From: Phallusia mammillata
Taxonomy: Eukaryota
Assembly (NCBI GenBank): GCA_965637545.1
Contig: OZ281495.1
Span: forward strand, 28,520,001 to 28,584,000
Direction of reading: 5' to 3'
Length of the DNA: 64,000 bases
The notes beneath the pieces were generated by a model, which was not told the origin of the DNA, did not search any database, and saw only the letters and a program-made list of their open reading frames with translations. Of this stretch, positions 1 to 13,600 are shown one piece after another; the stretch's first letter is position 1; every line of letters begins with the position of its first letter. The position numbers were made by a program, and so were the translations under genes.

Positions 1-120
1 TGACACGGCAAAGTGTTTAAATGCTTAAGTAGTGAGTCGGTTACTATCTAAAATTATTTCGATTGAAAATGCAATTGAAACAAAACGATAATTGTGTCAG
101 CTGCGCACTTTAGCGTTTAC

Positions 121-3100
121 CTGGATAGGCGTCCACAAAGATAGAAGGACAGCGTTTCTCTCCAGCGCTGTTAAAAGCTGAGCATGTGTAGGTCCCTTCA
201 TCAGCATGCATAAATTTCTGCAAAAAAACACCAATATTTTTTTGATTTGGCTTATGTGTACTAAACCCTATGGGATAAAGTTGTGTACGAAATATGTTAC
301 ATTAACTAGCCAATATCAAAACTTAATAACTTTGACTCTACTTTTAATGTTACTACGGTTGTATTATAGCTCCAATACGATAAATTTATGTTTAAGCAGC
401 GATAGAAAACCCCTTACCTTGAAGAAAATTGTTCCCGTTGTTTCATTGAAGGTGAAACTTGTCGTTTTGAATCTCGATGGCACTGGCAATTTTTTCGAGT
501 CTTTATACCACGCGTATTTCGGGGTTGGAACACCTGATAATGTCAAGGTGTAGATTTTGGAAAATAAGCTAATATGTGGATAATAGATATGAAATCCAAA
601 AAACGCTTAAATTAAAATTCCAATCATGTCCTTGTACTTCTGCCCGCTCATTGTTTGCATACAGAAAAATACAGAAAAAAAGAACTACAATGAACCTTAA
701 GTTTATTAATTAAAGTCATAAACGTCTTTACGATTCTGAGATACGTCTATATTTCGCCTTTCAGCTTTCTGTATTTGTAAGCAAGCACAGCACATCGCAT
801 CGATTAAACTGAACCCATGAAACATCGAATTGTGAAAAATACATAAAAAAGTTAAAATCGTAAGGACGAATGACAATGTTTTTCATAAAGTTATATCAAA
901 CAGCCAATAGGATGTATTCGCTATATACAAGCTCTCCTTAACATGCCCGTTCAGTGAAAACTCTTACCTCCTTGCGAGTTGCATGTAAATCTAGCAGACT
1001 GTCCAACCTTTACACGAATGCTGGAAAAGCGGCAAGTCGGTTTAGCTGGCATCACTGTATAACACAAGTTTAAATTACCAAATGTCTACGGGACTGGAAG
1101 TAGGCTACACCCTTCGGATAAAAACGTTACCTGTAACGGAAATTGTGTAGACGCCTTGACCGTGGCTTGGTACCTCATGTGGTGAACTGACTTCGCAGGT
1201 GTAAATACCTGCGTGCAACACAACATGTTAATTTATGTGTTTTGATACGTATTATAGGACCGTAAAGATACAAGCTACTTTAGGTCAAAATAAATGTAAC
1301 TCTACCCGTTTGCGGCAAGTGTCTATGTTATTGAATGATTAAGAGTCTAAACAAAAACAAACAGTTGGAAAGTTTTTCTATCACTTTGCTAAAGCAAGTT
1401 TTGCTGCAATGTGGGAACAACGTGACTCGAAAACGTTTTACTGTTACGCGGGGGCGTGCTGGGCGCACATTACTCTTCTGCGGGGTCAGTCGTTCGTGTT
1501 TTGCATCATAACATATGATGGTTTGTTGCGTAACCTTCTATGAAACAAATTTGCCTGTTGTCTCCAACCATCAAAAACATGTTAGTGATTTATGCGTTTA
1601 CGTTACCCCATATTGGGTGCGATAACCGAATAGCCACCAAACCGAACAACGAGTTCTTATTAAGATAGTTGCAAATATTGCGGAATATCCATCTTAAGTT
1701 TATAAGTTACTCATTCGCTTATTTTTTGTATTCGTTTACCAAGTTGCCAAATGCAATCAAACGGCAGCACCAGTAAATCTGCAGCGAGTATTATATCCAC
1801 CATATGTGCCAGTCCATTTGCTTTTTTTAATGTCCATCGTTCGTACTATTTCCTGTTTGGTGAACATGTTAGGGTAATTACTAATTACACTATGATTTCT
1901 TCACTCGAGCGTAAAAGTAAACTCAATTTAAATAAGAAACAGACTAACCGCCCTTTTCAAGGCAATAAAACGCAAACTTGCAGTGGGACTGTTACTAAAA
2001 TCTTACCTGCGTGATTTCTTGTTACGTTAAGAATTCGTAGGTTTGCACCAGCTTCAGTGAGAGCAAACTGGTCCGTAAAACGATCCAGAACTTTCTTCCA
2101 CACGATGAAGGTAATGTTTTTGGGCTGGTGAATTGGATTGTATTTCCAAGTGATTCTGCAAATACAAAAACAATTGAAGTTTGATGGTTGGTTGTACGGG
2201 TAAAACATTGATTAGTTGTTGTTTATGCGGGCACTCTGTAATGACATTGGTGATTTCATGTAGGATTTTCGTAGAATGACTGAGGCGATTAGGTAAGCAA
2301 TGCGTGCAAAAAAGTAAACATTTGCGGCTAATATTATGGTACTTGCCCACATAAATCACATATATTATTTGGTATATTATTTTAAATGTGCACGCAAGTA
2401 AGGGATGCTTCGTGGGTACATTTAACTTTTTGAACAGGCCAACAATCGGTGACGTCAGTAAAGGTGGTGAACTATAGTTTATAAGCGTCACGTTTTTATC
2501 ACATGACCAGCCACTGTTCATCCCGTCAAAGGAGACAACAGCAGCAGGCGAAATCAAAACATGTACGCGCGTATAAAATTAACAACAGGATGATGGCTAA
2601 TAACGTCAATGATCGGTAGTTCCCCTTAAAAGTGCACCGTCATTTTTCTAGATATTTCCGCTATTGTCGAGCAATTTCGTGTAACGGTTCGGTCGAAACG
2701 ATTGTATACAACCGAGGTAAATTTAAATATGTTTTTAGCGGTTTAGATTTTATTGATATACTATTAGGGTTTAAAATTAACCTTCAATTTGCATTAAATG
2801 ATTTAACACAAAATTACTTAATGTCCTGTTTTTTGGGTCTGGCATTTTTTTTTTTTTTGATTTTACAAATAAAAGTTAGGAAGAAAACCTTTCCACTTAA
2901 ATACAGAACAGTCTTTGCAAAACATATTTTAAAAACGTATGTGATTATGAAACGTGTCAAACCTTTTTTCTGCTGTTGGTTTGCTCGTTGTGTAATGACA
3001 TCGCAGAACCGGGCTGGTGCCTTTCACTATTTCCTTTGCGTAGTTGCTTCGTCCGCCTTCTATTGTGACTCTTAAAGTTCGGCCACCTTCAACTGAAAAA

Positions 3101-6100
3101 AAAACAGACGTGAAAAAACTTAATTGCCGAAAACGATGTTTAACATAAAAAAGTGTTGAAACTAGCTAGAGTTGTAAGTCGGACTGGGATTTTTGCTCGG
3201 GTTCGATTTCGGTTTTTGGTTCGTTTTCGGGGTCGGGTTCAGGTTCGGGATTAAGTTTAAATAAAACGGGCTTGATTCAGGCCTGGCATTCCATTCAACC
3301 TTATTTGTGACGCTATTTCCAACTTTCGTGTTCGAGCCTCAATTCGGTCCCGGTTAGAACTCTAACGAGCAAATTGGTTCGTGATTTGGGGCAAACTCAC
3401 CTGCATGTATAACATTGTTTTCCTGGGGTGGTTGACTGGTGGACGTGGTTGGTCGAATGGTTGTTGCGGTGTTTGATGTTCCTGATGAATCTGTAGTGTT
3501 TACTGTCAAACAAACATGAACATTTTATGTCGTGTGTTTTTAACATACTGCATATATTTTTGTACAGTTCTTTTTTTTGAAAAATATTAGCCAATGCAGA
3601 AATCGGTTAATTACCTGCGTTAGTCTGGTTCTTCTCATATGCAACTAGCAATGCCTCCTCGTTGTTTTTGGTGGGACGTGTTTGGACTGAAAACGCAATT
3701 GCAACTTTAAATCATCAGCTAACAAAAGCTAACAACCACTAACGCTTCAAATTACTAATTCCAATAACCCAATGCAGTGTTCTTATCAATCTATAAGCGG
3801 AGATCAAATCCTTTGTACGAAGTCTTACCTGTTATAGATGTTTGTGTGCTCGCTGTGGTGGTACTTTCCTGTATTGTATTAGGTTCGTTTGCTTCTGAAA
3901 GTATAAAAACAGTTTAATGCACGCCATTGCACAAATTAATACTTTGTAGCTTACATACATGCTTGCATATTTACAATCTGTAACACTATTAAAACTGAAG
4001 AAGTAACGATTTCCAACACAAAAAAGCGGAATCTGGTCAATGGTGAATAATTGTCGTTGTGCAACACTAGTGTACACGTTTGAAATTTTCCTAAAATGCC
4101 TGAAATTGGATCTAATTATAACTTATTTAGTACTCACCAGAATATGCCTCAACGTGAAAAGAGGCACAACTTTCTTCGCCGGCCCGATTAAAAGCGGAGC
4201 ATGAGTAATTCCCAGCATCACGTTCACTAAACTTCTGTAAAAAAACGAAAATTTTCCGATACTGTGTTTATAGCAAAAAACGAGTTTTACCACAAGCTGT
4301 GTTGTAATAACTAGAGAAAAGGTATTTTACTTGTTCTGTTTAAATTTATTTCTTGGAATTAAGTCACATGCACAACTTAACGTGAATCACTGCCCACCAA
4401 GGGTACGGTTTTTCTATTTTTAGAGCTAAAATACTCGTTGAATATGAAGACATGTTACAACCATAATGAAATTAATATGTAGTACCAACCGAGAATAATA
4501 ACGTTCCAGTCGTTTCGTCGTAAGTGTAACTCATGCCGGCAAATCTGCGGTCTGCAGATCTGTCTTGCGGAAGGCGTACTGAATCTTTGTACCACGCGTA
4601 CTTGGGTTGTGGTATTCCTGAAAGAATCAAACCTGTTTATAACCGTTTCAGCATGTTTTTGAGAAAATGTCTGTCACAAACAACCTGTTTTTGAACGTTT
4701 AACACCCGTGATGTAGCTTATGGCATTAGTATACTTAGTAAATTTCATATCTGATTTATGCGACAAAGCATGTTTTCAACGTACAGTTGCCGACAGTGCA
4801 ATGAGGTATATTTAACATTACTTCGAGTTCAAGAGACCAGTGAAAGAACACATTGCTGCACAGCGAAATACAAAACTATTACCATCATCAGAGGTGCAAT
4901 TAAATCTTGCTGTCTCCCCAACTTTTACTCGATGACTTGAGAACTGGCAAACCGGTTTTTCGGGCTTCACTGCAATAAAGACGTATATGTTAATTTAAGC
5001 TCATTGAAACATAAAATTTGTGTGCATACCTAGCTACATACCTGCTACAGTGAGTTCGTATGATCCTTTTCCGTGACTGGGTACCTCGTTTGGTGCGCTA
5101 ACTTCACAGGTGTATGTACCTAAAAAGAAACATATAGTTAATCTATGCATTTCAGTCGTTAATTAGTTTAGGTGCGACCCTATTACATCTGCCGTGACAT
5201 GCGCTTCCCTCTCAATAAATCTTAGATACTTTTTTACGTTAAATAGGTGTAGGGTAACCCCTACATTACGACACAGCTTTTTTAATAAAAGTAATTCAGT
5301 ACCATTATGGTTTCAAGATGTTTTAGCAATAGCTATCATTGAAAATTTTATCTGTAACATACTTACATAGTAATAACAAAGCTAAATTGTAAGCGTGTCC
5401 ATGTCACGTTTAAAAATGCAAACCACGGGAAAGAGTTTATTTCTGTGAACCGACGGGGAAAACGTTTTACTACTAAACATGAGCAGTAGTCTTCTAAAAT
5501 GGAACTGTCCAAACTTAAATGAAGCGTCCACGCCCCCTTTTCAGATCGAAAGAAGCTGACTTTTAAGTATAGATCATCGTGCTCAACATCATATTTGTTT
5601 ACGAGTGTGATGGCACGTTACGTCAGCCTGCCAGGCTTAACCAGCTTTTGCAATTGCTTGACTATGGAGGCAATAATTAACGTTCCACAAGCGTTAATTA
5701 ATAGCCTTTTGGCCGAAAGGCATATGGTCGTTATTCAAGAGGGTACAAGTGATTTCTATGGGCTAAATGTCTCAGCAGTCTTGTTCATGTCATGTCACAT
5801 AAGGAAATGAAACCCCAAAATAGCAGATGCCAAGACTTTGTAACGCCATCCTCTGCTAAATTTACATACAGATAATTTCACTAAAAAAATTTGCTGCCTT
5901 AACAGATCAACTAGGGAAAGTATCCAAAGAATAATCCCTATTCTAATTCTGGAAATATATGCAAAAAATCATCTCAATACACTGTCAAGTATGTTAGATA
6001 TAGTTTCGGAGTTTCTATATAGGTTCTGGCGAAATGTACCATTGGTCTCACGGCACCCTAGAGCGACCGATATTATGTTACAAAAGCGTTTATTTATCCT

Positions 6101-7622
6101 TCTTACCAGCTTGTGTCCTTGAAATATTAAAAATCTTCAGATGTGCTTGGTATCCAGTTAGCGTATATTTGTCGTCGTTTAAAACTTTTTCATAAACAAG
6201 AAACGAAATATTTTTAGGTTGTGAAGAGGGGTTGTACTTCCATATGATTCTGTCGACAAATATAAAAATGCAGTGTACGACTACTATATAAGCTATTGCT
6301 GCCAGGCATAATATCAAGTTTGTAGAGCTCTTCTGGCAAATGTAATTTTATTCTGACGTTTCGACGTCCTATACAGGTCGTCTTCATCAGGGTAAATAAC
6401 ACCTGATGTAGACCACCTGTGTAGGACGTCGAAACGTCGGAATAAAATTGCATTTGCCAGAAGAGCTCTACAAACTTGCTACGTCCACTATGTTGACGTT
6501 TGGACTACATATCTAAACGATTATTAATTAAGCTTTTTTAAAGCCATAATCACAAATGTTGAGTCACAATGTTTACCTCCAAGGTGGTAAGCTTCTGTCA
6601 AAAACTACCACAATGAGCTTGGGAAGGAAATATCAATCAATACAGTAACTCGAGTTTAATAGTCGATGGGGAAAATTGGTGGTTTCCCTAATTACAGGAC
6701 TTTAGATCCAATTGAGTAATAACCTTTTGTCAGTCAAAATAAAAAAATCGTGCCATCTACTAAACTCGGTCGTAAAGGAGGTGTCACTGCGGTTTACAAT
6801 ATATGCAAATATTTCGGTTTATAAATTACAACGTACAACAGGCATTTAGGACAACCTTTTAGCCCTAAGATCAGTCCCAACCTGTGTAGGTTATAGGGCA
6901 TTCGTGACTTGCAAACAAACAGCTAGAAACTACTGTTAAAACTAATAGAAAGTATATGTTTTTGTCTATCCAGCCATAAAATCCACCAGCTCACACAGTA
7001 CTCTGTTTTTGTGACAAGATTGTGTTTTGTTTCGGGCAATTGACTTGTAACGAAACTTGAAATTCTGCTTGTTGTACTGTTTTTGTGAAAGTCTTTTATG
7101 ATACTTGTTTGTTTGTTAGTTTAATATAACAGTGGAACAGCGAAACCCAAAACCAACTTTTACCGATCTGCTTGACAGTTTACCACTTTAAAATTAAAAC
7201 GCCATAAAAAACGAACATTACCTTTTAATTCCGGAAGGATTGTCAAGTTTGTAGTTGCAAGTTAATACAGGACTCGTACCCTCCACTACTTCTTTGGCAT
7301 GCGCAGTCCGTCCGCCCTCAATGCTCACAGTCAAAGGTTTGCCGAATTCAACTGTAAAAAACGCACTCTATACTATTTTACCATTTTGAAGTAGGTTTTT
7401 ATTACATTTGCTAGCCAACGTTTTAAAAACAAAATACCGCAACCAAATGTTTTGGCTTATGTGATGTCAAACCTATCACTTTACTTTTGCTATTTTAGGA
7501 CTCTAACAAACTTATTTATTTTATAAATATTGTCCATTACACGATAGCATGCAACACTTACCAAACAGAAATAAATAGAAAACAAAAAGACAAAAACGTT
7601 GGTTCAGATGCATATAATCCAT
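121..7622 (-). CDS. JAM/CTX-like IgSF protein with duplicated V-C2 module and Ser/Thr-rich linker (3' end beyond window)
   Basis: Sixteen GT-AG exons join in one open frame (about 536 codons): 7622-7562 (MDYMHLNQRFCLFVFYLFLF, signal peptide), 7351-7222, 6249-6107, 5119-5042 (V1: PVLTCNY..IIWKY..GTYTCEVS), 4969-4883, 4617-4490, 4234-4138 (C2-1: KPVCQF..FNCTSDDGIPQPKYAWYKD..DAGNYSCSAFNRAGEESC), 3894-3829, 3686-3615, 3490-3401 (S/T-rich linker), 3092-2963, 2155-2007, 1208-1131 (V2), 1054-968, 533-418, 217-121 (C2-2: KPTCRF..GVPTPKYAWYKD..DEGTYTCSAFNSAGEKRC). The extra A-strand/G-strand Cys pair in C2 and the P-x-Y-x-W-Y-K-D and N/D-E-T-T-G-T motifs are CTX/JAM hallmarks (established knowledge). 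Confidence 0.88.
3167..3364. mobile_element. MITE-like element with GGTTCG-rich interior in an Ig-gene intron
   Basis: Imperfect TIR tagagttgtaa / ttagaactcta. The left end (agagttgtaagtcggactggg) matches the ends of the element at 22141-22357 in WSCD intron 7. No clean TSD. Confidence 0.5.
6315..6478. repeat. 164-bp near-perfect palindrome made of two inverted Penelope-like pLTR / minimal hammerhead ribozyme motifs
   Basis: Arms caagtttgtagagctcttctggcaaatg...catttgccagaagagctctacaaacttg. Minus-strand core 6390-6355 reads CTGATGA-agacgacctgtataggacgtc-GAAAC-GTC. Plus-strand core 6403-6438 reads CTGATGT-agaccacctgtgtaggacgtc-GAAAC-GTC. Each is followed 2 nt later by AATAAA. Confidence 0.7.
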
Positions 7623-10600
7623 TTTACACGTGCACGATGTTTGCAAGATTTTAAAATACCCATTTATTTACGCTGAAAAAAAATATTCGGTTAAAACATC
7701 TGCTCATATGTTTAGTCTGCCTACGAAACCATTGCAGTAACGACTGTGAAACTAAAACATGTCCTAATCCTAATAAAAACTATGAATATATAAGTTCAAA
7801 AGGAGAATTTATCTGATGAATTAAAAATATACCGACTACAATGAGTAAGCAATGCATACACGGTTCATCATATAACAGGGCGTCAACGCCAAAACTAAAC
7901 TGTTTGGTCACGAGTAAAACTCCCTTCCTTATATATATGCGGTTGAACGATGACGTAGGATAATTTGAGTTGGTCTAAATTGAAGCAACACTTACGTCAG
8001 CTAACACGCATGTTGTGGCTGATAGTTTATGAGTTTCTCGAATCTCATGAAATAACATCATTCTGTCTAGTCCAGTTACGCTTAAACAAACTTCCAAGAA
8101 TAACATTTATAAAAAATAACAACACTGCGTTTACAATATAAATAAGTTAACAAATGTGTGTCATTATAATAGGAGCCAAGTAAAAATAAACTAAACTGCC
8201 TAAAATTTTTTGGTATCCATACCAGCATTACAAAATAAAAGAAGACAAAATGACGCTGTTCTTTCCAAATACAAATATGCCCATTTTACCAGTCCAACTT
8301 TCGCTAAAAACACTGCCTTTTTCAGCCTAAATCACTTCCACAAAACCACGTATTCAGCCGACTTTTGTTCTCATGCTCAGCAGACCTGTTGCCGTCAACA
8401 ACAACTGCGTTTCCTCACTAAATCCGACAATTATAGACTACAGACATCGACAGGACATTGTCTTGACCTGCGAGGCGTGAGATTACCTCGTTATGCTCAT
8501 CAAGTGGATCTGTAAACCTCCGCACGAACCGCGAAAAAGTGTCACAACCTCTTCGTTTTCGATCGCCAACGCAGCTGAATCATATCAGGATTATGTATTT
8601 TACTTGTGCTGGAAGATTTGCGCCTGGGGCAGTGAGTTCTAAAGACAGTGACCCGCGAAAAAAACACTGACCGATCATGCTCCCTCGTGCATGTGATGAC
8701 GTAAAGATGTGATGTCACACTTGCGTAACGTCGCTGCCATGTTAGGTTTAAATGTAAAAGCACGATAGCAGTAGTTCCCTGCGGAACGTTGTGAATCAAA
8801 ACACGTTTTCGGTCGGAAGCTTCTAGTCTTAAAGTTATGCTAATGGGTGTTTAACTGTGTACTGTGGAATACGAAATAAAAAGTTGAACGATTACTTATG
8901 CTACCATTAAGGAAAACGTATATATAAATCCACAATAGAACTTACGCAAACAATCTGTTTACTATTTGTGTACCTTAAACACAAATTCTTAAAAACTTCA
9001 GCTGCACCAAAACTATTCAATGTAAACAAATATTCAAAAACTACAGCCCTGTAGTTTTGAATAGTTTCTTTTTTTAGGCTTGGACTTTATTTTACTTTCA
9101 ACCCTCTCAAACATACTCGGTCTTGGACCACTTTTATCAGTTGGCAGGTCAATTGAAACAACACGACAAAAAGCAACAAAATTATGACTTGCGAACTGGT
9201 TTGGCCTGATCCTACAGCATTGCTTCGCTGGTTGGTGACAACATATTTATTTCCGTCTATGTGTCAATGCAATATGATTTACAGTATACACGCCTACGGT
9301 TTGGGAGACATTATCACCTCATTGAGTGCATTAAACTATTTAAAATAACTGTGTATATGTGGGGGAAAGTTCCTTGAATTTGTGCCTTATAACGGGTTAT
9401 AAACCAATTTCTTTTGAATTTTGCATCGTTTCGATTGTTCTGTTTATACAGCTTTGTAATACACACCACAACACAAGTTAATCTGTTGCGCATACACAAC
9501 GCAAATAAGCATACGAACACACCCATATTTAAAAGCTAAAAACCACCTAATTGTTGCCTGACACAGTCTTAGCCAGTGCAGCGACCGCCAAATGTACCAC
9601 AGCCTTCACGACGCCTTGTGTATCTTTCTAGAACCGAAAATCGGACGTGCTTTGTATTAGGCCTTTTCAGACTGCCAACTCATTTTTCTGCGTGTCCCCC
9701 TAGGCAAATCGATTGTAGAGTCGACTGTTTGTTGTGGCCAAACACGATTATAGACTTACCGCTGTGTTATCATTTAACCTACTGAACTATTATCAAGTGC
9801 AATGTAGATTAGACGAAAATACATAATTAAAGTGTTGGCTGTCCTTCAAATTATGACTTACAGAATATTTTTAAAGAACCTGTTTAGCCTAACCTCAAGA
9901 ATAACGCCAGACATTGATGATCTCAACCTGCCCCCGAGGTGTTGTAATTTTCCTTGCTGTTCAACACGTTACAGGCTTAGGTACATCATGTTTTAAAAAA
10001 TCAAAAAATGGGGCATTTTCAATTTCTGGTTGAAGTTTTGTTGTTTGCGCACATTACATATAGCTTTCTTCATCTGGTGATAATTACAGCGAAATACAAT
10101 TGTTCTTTTAAAATCATTTAACATTAGTTTAGTAATACAACGTAATCGATAAAGATTCTAAAGATCCCTTTTATTATTTTTGTCTAAAAACATCCGAAAC
10201 ATCGTAAAGAGGCAAATACATCGATTAGATTATCTAATCCTTCCGGAAATCTTACAGACTCAGACGCCCATACACTGTCACGTGATGGGACACTTCACGC
10301 CTGAATGCCCATATACGTGTGACAGAAATACGAGATTGCAAACAGTCATGAGCTTTGCTAAATGCACAAGATGCAGTATAAATGCATTTTGGGTAATTTA
10401 AAAATAAACAAATTTGAATTAATTTAAATATACAATGCACTGCCCTGATGCAAACACGAAATGAACAAAGATGTTATCAGTTAAATTTTGACCTGCAGTG
10501 GTTGATAATTATTCTATGATTCAAGTGTTGTTAAAAGCATGAATTGGAATACAACACACAGCTGCCCAAATCATATTCTGTCGTTACATAATGATAGAAC

Positions 10601-13600
10601 CAGTGCTACGCCTTTTCTCCTTTTTTGTGCGTTCAATGCTGACGTTTTCCGTTTTTAATTTGCGTTAGATTCACTGCATTTCACAATAGGTTTCGGTTTT
10701 TGACAAACAATTCAACAACGGCAGCAACAACTTTCGACCGTCAGAACATAAACTCAACCAGCCTGGCCTCATATAAACCTTTTTCACATCGATAAAACAA
10801 CAAATGAACTTTGCAGTCTTGCGATTGTTCACGCTAGACAAGTAGGCTTGGGGCAAAACATGATGTTTTTGCCGCTGCGGTGAGAAACTCAGTGTTTCAT
10901 CGCAAGTTCATAATCTCATGGCTGGTAACGAAAAATTGAATCAGTGCTGTGAATTCCGATGTTGTTAAAGTTTTGTTGGAAAAAAGTTTATAGCCACGTA
11001 GGCTACACAAGACATACGGACCTATTAGCCTACTTTATGCTAAATCATGCGACGTCGAAACATAAACACGGAAATAGTGAGTTGCGTACGTTGTATGCTA
11101 TAATGTAAATTTAAATGCGATTGATTCCTAGTATCAGTAAAATGATGTTGATTTGACATGCTTTTGTTGTCAAGCTATTTAATAGCGAAACAATTGGTTC
11201 TGTGTAATGAGCACCATTTTCACTGTCAATTTTTTTGATCAATACAAGTTCGTTTTTTATGTGACTTTTGTGCAAAAAGTTTGCCGACTACTGCTCCTAA
11301 TAAACAGCAGATTACTGACGACACCTAGCGTAAATTTGTGAAAAGTAAAATCTGTAAGTGCGCGAAATCATGTTTCAAACTTTAAAAATAATATAGCTGT
11401 TTTGGAATATTCCACTAATAGTACGTTGTGGTATATCAATCTAAAACGAGAGCCAACTTTAAAAAAATATGTTCAATTATCTCTGTTTCCCTTTCAAATA
11501 TGTTAACTGCCCACAATTTTGAAACTACTAATGTAGAGCATTTGGGATTTGAGAAACTGGAAAAAGTCACAGAGAGTATATTGGCATTTCAGTATTGTTT
11601 CATTTAAGTTGCTTCACATCTCAAATTTGTAGCAGTTAGTTTGACTTTGCCAATGAACCATGTCCATGTTGATGTGTGCAATTGCCAACGGGCTTGTTTA
11701 GTTTAGTTTATCCTCAGAGGCCAGGCATATGCTGGATTTACATTTTACTCAGGAGGTAGATGACTTTAATTTAACCCATCAGTTTCCTGTGGATTGGTGC
11801 AATGGTACTCAAGTTTCTTGATCAAGGCAAGATTAGAGCTGACAACCATGTGAACATGAATCTGCAAATCACTCTTTGCGCCAGACCATCTTGGCCAAAT
11901 GTCTCTTCAATGGGATTTTGATGGCTGTAAGTGTGGTCCATTAAATATTTAAAGATATAAACAGTATGCCCAATGTTGTTTGTATGTCAGACAAAAAAAA
12001 TGGCCTATTTATTTTGGTACACTTGGCCTTTCATCAACGTCATGACAGAGAATTGGTGAGGTAAAACACATACCAATTGTATTGGTAGTAGCTTTTTGAT
12101 TGTGAAACATTGTCTGGGGTTAAATGTATGCAATGTATTTTTCGGAACTTGCAATGGAACATGGTAAAAGAGGCCTATTAAAAAGGTATGTTGTGTTTTG
12201 GTTTATCTCTAATTGATAGTTTTATCATTTACCTTGTTGTTATTATTTTTAGTTTTTTGACACATGACATTTTTTATGGACACTGAGTAATGTATACTAT
12301 ACAATCCTTAAATTACTTTTAACTCTTTGTTTGAGGAATCATCTGACTGCATTACCTGGTTTTGTGTCGTACATTGCAAGTCTTGTTTTATCTTAATGGC
12401 TTTATTTTACTATGTGATATCAAATCACATTTTACTAAACCTGTTAAATTTTACAATGTCACAGTTTTTACAATAACACATGACCAATTAAGCTTCCTTG
12501 ACATGAGCTATTGTTTTGTTGGTCATAAATATAGAAGATGATTGGTTTTCAACAAGTGCATTAAAAGTTTGATGTACAACAACGAACAATCTCATTATCT
12601 CAGTACCATCTCATTTGCAACAGCACCCAGGCTAAATTGGCAAGTATTTTCTTTATTTTATGAATTGAATATGTTGTAGCTCCAGTTTGATCCAATTCGG
12701 AATTTTCCCCAATTAGCCGGATTTTGATCAACATTGAAATTTAGCTCAAAAATCAAAATGACGTTGTCATCTACTGACAAATGGCTAATTGCTCCCTGGT
12801 TTTTACTTCTACATAGGTATGTATAATTGTATTACTCCAAAATAATCCTTTGCAATCTGGCATGGTAATAAGTTATTAGTGTGTATTTTTTTAAATATCT
12901 TGGACAATTTATGTTGTTAAAATGTTCATTTCCAACCACATCTGTTTTACACTTCTGTAGAGTGTTATTAGTATGTTTAAATTGTTCAATATATAAGTGT
13001 TTTTGATATAAATTGGTTAACACAGTATTTTCATTTAAAGAGTATATATTTATCCGTTTTGTGATGGTAAAAATATCTACCCACAAAAAATAGATTTCGA
13101 AATATAGCAATGGCTATTTTGATGTATTTTATGAACATTGTGATTTGCAACCATACATATGTTGTCCTTAAATTAATAAGTACTTTTGTTCTGTTGTGTG
13201 TTTTGTAAACAAATAAGTGGTAAATATGATATACATGTTTTTTTTAAATGTGACTGTGAATTTAATGACTCTATTGTAGACTGTATTTGTTGGTGTGGCA
13301 TATGATACATGACTATACATCTCATATTTTCAACAAGAGGCATTACCCTTCGAGACATTAGTTACGAATCATTTCTTGAGGCAATAAAAGTAACATTATT
13401 TGCTGATTGCTGAAACAACATTGGAAGTTTGATTGGGCAAAGAGATTGTTGTCACCAATCACTATGACAACCATACCTATCTCTTGTTATGTTGTCAACT
13501 TTTCAAATTGCAAAAATACCAAATCAGCTTTGGCTGTAGAGTTGGCCTTGTCAGCTTGATGTGGAAAACATTTTGATTCAGTTTCTTGGCATTTCTACAA

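Noticed and set aside
2054-3075. ORF-track entries of 167 aa (2054-2557) and 147 aa (2632-3075)
   Set aside because: Intronic or antisense to real Ig exons, with low-information composition.
8330-8800. GC-richer stretch with long near-open frames on both strands
   Set aside because: Every frame has internal stops and no recognisable motif; possibly regulatory or UTR sequence.
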